Positions 61,064-64,000 of a stretch of 64,000 bases of DNA are shown here, piece after piece; within the stretch, counting starts at the first letter, position 1, and every line of letters begins with the position of its first letter. The position numbers were made by a program, and so were the translations under genes. Source of the DNA: Candidatus Poribacteria bacterium (GTDB taxonomy: Bacteria > Poribacteria > WGA-4E > WGA-3G); the NCBI GenBank assembly GCA_963666305.1, contig OY762722.1, positions 5,378,903-5,442,902 of the forward strand, given 5' to 3'. The notes below the pieces were generated by a model, which saw only the letters and a program-made list of their open reading frames with translations, made no database searches and was not told the DNA's origin.

Positions 61064-62281
61064 ATGCAAGAGAAACAGTTCAAAGTTAGAGCGGCACATT
61101 GCGATTATCGCGCAACGGAGGAGGAGATTTATCAAACACTCCGCCGTATCACTGATCCGCTCACCGAGGCATGGAAACCGATTGAGACCGCTAAGAAGGT
61201 GGTCATGAAGCTCAATATGATGAAACCCGCTGAGCGTATTATCTACTTTGAGGGGCGTCGCCGAGAATTGGTAGACGATGCGGTTTGTCGTGCCGTGTTG
61301 CGGTTAATCAAGGAACACACCACTGCGCAGTTGGTCGCGACTGATACGAACCCGTATACCCACGGGCATCGGATGCCTCCCGGTTTCAACTACGAACATC
61401 ACCTGAAAGAATTCGACGTGCAGTTCGTCGATTCCAATCTGCCTCCGTTCAAGGTTTATGATGTCCCTGGCGGTGGTTCAATGTTCGATCGCTATACACT
61501 GAGTGCCTGTTTTGACGATGCGGATGCAGTCGTCTCTGTAGCGAAAATGAAGAATCACGCCTTCATGGGCATCACCTTGTGCACCAAAAACCTGTTCGGG
61601 TTGCCGCCGATGCTTCTCCCAGAAGGCAGGACACGCAGTTATTACCATCATCTCATCCGACTCTCCTATGTGCTCCCGGATCTGGCACTCATTACGAAAC
61701 CGTGCCTCAATATCATTGATGCGTTGACGGGACAGTGGGGACGCGAATGGGGCGGTGTCGGCAGAATTTGTAACGCACTCATCGCGGGGGATCATCCGAT
61801 CTCCACTGATACCGTTGGTATGCACCTGATGGGACACGACCCGCAGTCCGATTGGCCCACACCTCCGTTCAAACGGGATCGCAACCACATCCTCATCGCG
61901 GCGCAGCGCGGATACGGCACCGTCAACTTGGATGAGATCGATTGGGAGAGCGAAGTCAAGGCACCGTTGGCGGAATTCGATTCTGTCGAAACGGATACGA
62001 CAGAGACGGTCGCTAACTGGCGGCGTACGACGTGTGAACAAGGACTGGTTTACCTCGAAAACCAGAAGGCACTCATTGATCGGTATCGCAACGACTTCAT
62101 TTACATGCAAGGTGGCGAAGTCGTTTGGAGCGGACCGGATCCATCAAATCTCGGCAGCCGCCGACAGTTGAGTGGTGATAAGAAGGATAGCGCGCTTTGG
62201 CTCAAACTTGTCGATGCTGAAGAACATGAAGGCGAACGTTTCGATGTCTATGAAGAGTGTCTAAAACCCTTTGCGGCGTAA
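61064..62281 (+). CDS. DUF362-like protein
   Basis: VVSVAKMKNHAFMGITLCTKNLFG resembles the DUF362 core as I recall it. ATG 61064 with a GGAG RBS. Confidence 0.5.
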   Translation: MQEKQFKVRAAHCDYRATEEEIYQTLRRITDPLTEAWKPIETAKKVVMKLNMMKPAERIIYFEGRRRELVDDAVCRAVLRLIKEHTTAQLVATDTNPYTHGHRMPPGFNYEHHLKEFDVQFVDSNLPPFKVYDVPGGGSMFDRYTLSACFDDADAVVSVAKMKNHAFMGITLCTKNLFGLPPMLLPEGRTRSYYHHLIRLSYVLPDLALITKPCLNIIDALTGQWGREWGGVGRICNALIAGDHPISTDTVGMHLMGHDPQSDWPTPPFKRDRNHILIAAQRGYGTVNLDEIDWESEVKAPLAEFDSVETDTTETVANWRRTTCEQGLVYLENQKALIDRYRNDFIYMQGGEVVWSGPDPSNLGSRRQLSGDKKDSALWLKLVDAEEHEGERFDVYEECLKPFAA

Positions 62282-62318
62282 ATCCGGTTTCCCTATATCC
62301 GGTAGATGCGGTTTCCTG

Positions 62319-62342
62319 GAAGAAACACCCAAGCAAAACACC
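62319..62342 (+). repeat. GAAACACCCAAGCAAAA motif copy 4
   Basis: GAAGAAACACCCAAGCAAAACACC, about 80 nt upstream of ATG 62421. Confidence 0.6.
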
Positions 62343-62420
62343 GCACCGGTACTTGTTAGAAAATTATTGGATTAATTTTCTAACCTTCATTCAACCTCGC
62401 CTATTGAAGGAGAAATCAAA

Positions 62421-63173
62421 ATGGGTATCACCGACGCGGAAAAGAAACAGTTGGATGAACAGGGATGCATCGTCATTCCTGATGTGCTTTCCGACGAGGA
62501 AATTAAGGTCTACAGAACCGATATACTCAGATTGGCAGAGGAAGAGAAGCAGAACGGATTGGCGCGTCAACACACCGACGGGCATGGTCAGCATGTCCGT
62601 TGGTTGGTGAACAAGGGTGAGATGTACGAGCAGTTGGTCGCCCGTCCGAAGGTGATGCCCTACTTTGAACATCTGCTCGGTCCCGATTACACGCTCAGCA
62701 CGCTCACTTCCAACATCATTGATCCGGACGCGCCGGATGGTGGCTACCATGTCGATAGCGTGCTTGGATCGATGCCGGAGCCGCTGCCGAGTTTTCCACT
62801 GGTTGCCAATAGTCTCTGGTTGCTCGACGATTTCACACCGGAGAACGGAGGCACACGTCATGTGCCGGGTATCCATCTTCAGCGAATTAAGCCGCCTCCC
62901 GGTACGACTCACCATCCCGATGAGGTTCGGCTCTCCGCACCGAAAGGTTCCGTATTTCTCTTTAACGGTGCGATCTGGCATTCCGCGGGTGCTAACAGAA
63001 CTGATCAGCAACGAATCGCGTTAATCTGTTTCTGTTGTCGTTCCTTCGTCAAGCCGATGTTCGACTTCGTGCATCACCTCAAGCCGGAGGTCATCGAACG
63101 CGCCACCCCGACCATGCGCCGCATCTACGGCTTCGATTCCCAACCCCAACCTCCAGATCAGCCTACGCGATAA
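62421..63173 (+). CDS. PhyH-family dioxygenase
   Basis: 250 aa; LDEQGCIVIPDVL N-terminus; GGYHVDS and IWHSAGANRT motifs. Confidence 0.85.
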   Translation: MGITDAEKKQLDEQGCIVIPDVLSDEEIKVYRTDILRLAEEEKQNGLARQHTDGHGQHVRWLVNKGEMYEQLVARPKVMPYFEHLLGPDYTLSTLTSNIIDPDAPDGGYHVDSVLGSMPEPLPSFPLVANSLWLLDDFTPENGGTRHVPGIHLQRIKPPPGTTHHPDEVRLSAPKGSVFLFNGAIWHSAGANRTDQQRIALICFCCRSFVKPMFDFVHHLKPEVIERATPTMRRIYGFDSQPQPPDQPTR

Positions 63174-63428
63174 TCGCATTTCATGATACCATATTCTCTT
63201 TGCTGACGGAGGCTTTGGAAGAAACCATACGCAGTTTTCCCTGACTTCACTAACAAAACTGTAACGTTAATCGGAGCCTTCACGTTAAAATTTAATGCGT
63301 AAGCCTTATCCTCTGTTTTTGTATGATTAGTATAATTGGCGTGGGAAAAAATTCCTTTAATAGAAACTCGTTATTCGGGAACCGAGGAACCCCTTTCCGG
63401 AAAGGAAAACAGGAGGAGATTCCGTATT

Positions 63429-63857
63429 ATGACTATGGTAACCGTTCATTGGCAAAGATGTATCAAAAACTCTCTCTGGTGTCAATTCAATGAAAAACTA
63501 TTGAACGATGGCCGCCTTGAGGCACGTCTTGGCGACTATAGTGTCGGTATCAACGGGATCTATATCATCTGGACGGGAATTGACAACAATCGCACGGTAC
63601 TTAAAGTCGGAAGCGGAATTATTAAAGATAAATTAGCAGCGGATCTCAAAGACCCTGAAATTCAGGCTCATAAACCTACACGATTGTATGTTACGTGGGC
63701 ATCTACCTTATCTGTAATTGGAGCAGAAGAGATACAAAAAGGCATAGAGAAGTTTCTTGGAGTCGTCTTTAAGCCGAAATTGAAGGAAAATCTATCTGAT
63801 GTTGACCTTGTAATAGTCAATCTGCCTCGGTGGAATAAGGCAGTGCCGCCACTCTGA
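63429..63857 (+). CDS. hypothetical protein (142 aa)
   Basis: AGGAGG RBS and ATG 63429; TATAAT at 63331-63336 upstream. GIYIIW...LKVGSG faintly resembles a GIY-YIG N-terminus but is not convincing. Confidence 0.5.
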   Translation: MTMVTVHWQRCIKNSLWCQFNEKLLNDGRLEARLGDYSVGINGIYIIWTGIDNNRTVLKVGSGIIKDKLAADLKDPEIQAHKPTRLYVTWASTLSVIGAEEIQKGIEKFLGVVFKPKLKENLSDVDLVIVNLPRWNKAVPPL

Positions 63858-63937
63858 GAAGCGAAAATAAAAATAGATACCGTGTCACTTTGCGAATATC
63901 AGCAACGTGAAATCCAACCTCAATATAAGAACTTGCT

Positions 63938-63959
63938 GGCGAGGTTTCCTAACCTCGCC
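63938..63959. repeat. REP-like hairpin GGCGAGGTT-TCCT-AACCTCGCC (no U-tract)
   Basis: Third copy of the same 9-bp stem seen in the terminators at 22790-22811 and 58145-58165. Confidence 0.6.
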
Positions 63960-64000
63960 TAATCCCAAAATCGGTAGGTGTCCTTTCCCAACAGCGATCA

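Noticed and set aside
1-64000. Search for a prophage, integrase, a restriction-modification or other named defence system, a CRISPR-Cas locus, tRNA or rRNA.
   Set aside because: None was recognised in the six-frame translations or by eye in non-coding DNA. The Uma2-family protein (58265-58870) is a stand-alone nuclease-fold gene without partner genes.

Overview
About 64 kb of gene-dense chromosomal DNA, mid-range GC by eye, with one clearly AT-rich island at about 3.1-4.4 kb. Most genes are metabolic. They include six genes carrying seven phytanoyl-CoA-dioxygenase (PhyH)-type domains, three enolase-superfamily sugar-acid-dehydratase-like genes, two formylglycine-type sulfatases and an FGE-domain fusion protein. 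Also present are a BNR/sialidase-like protein, GH32, UDP-glucose dehydrogenase, several methyltransferases (one ArsM-like), Cu/Zn SOD, a NUDIX/amidohydrolase/nitrilase trio, a cysteine desulfurase and an acyl-CoA-synthetase-like enzyme. A 951-aa secreted LRR + YWTD-propeller + cohesin/dockerin protein with a T9SS/FlgD-type C-terminal domain, together with the PhyH/sulfatase expansion, suggests an uncultivated marine or host (sponge)-associated bacterium; this is inference only. The accessory content is the most interesting part: three RNA-guided-nuclease (OMEGA-class) loci with no TnpA in the window. Two are diverged HNH-less IscB homologues (IsrB-type, 2084-3130 and 40415-41437), each preceded by a ~200-nt conserved non-coding region with two compensatory stems (omegaRNA candidate). 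The third is a TnpB (45919-47118) with its own sigma-70 promoter and a 3' hairpin cluster. Directly downstream of the first isrB lies an AT-rich orphan two-gene cassette with its own promoter and terminator. A Rieske-GAF-PAS sigma-54 activator sits divergent from a VOC gene that carries a textbook -24/-12 promoter and two TTTCA-N4-TGAAA palindromes. There is also a pair of 640-aa polytopic membrane paralogues. Several dispersed intergenic repeat families occur: an ~88-nt leader motif with a covarying hairpin, a GAAACACCCAAGCAAAA motif upstream of five genes, a 24-bp-IR MITE-like element inside a 1.06-kb ORF-less gap, and REP-like hairpins. No rRNA, tRNA, CRISPR array, integrase or prophage genes were recognised.
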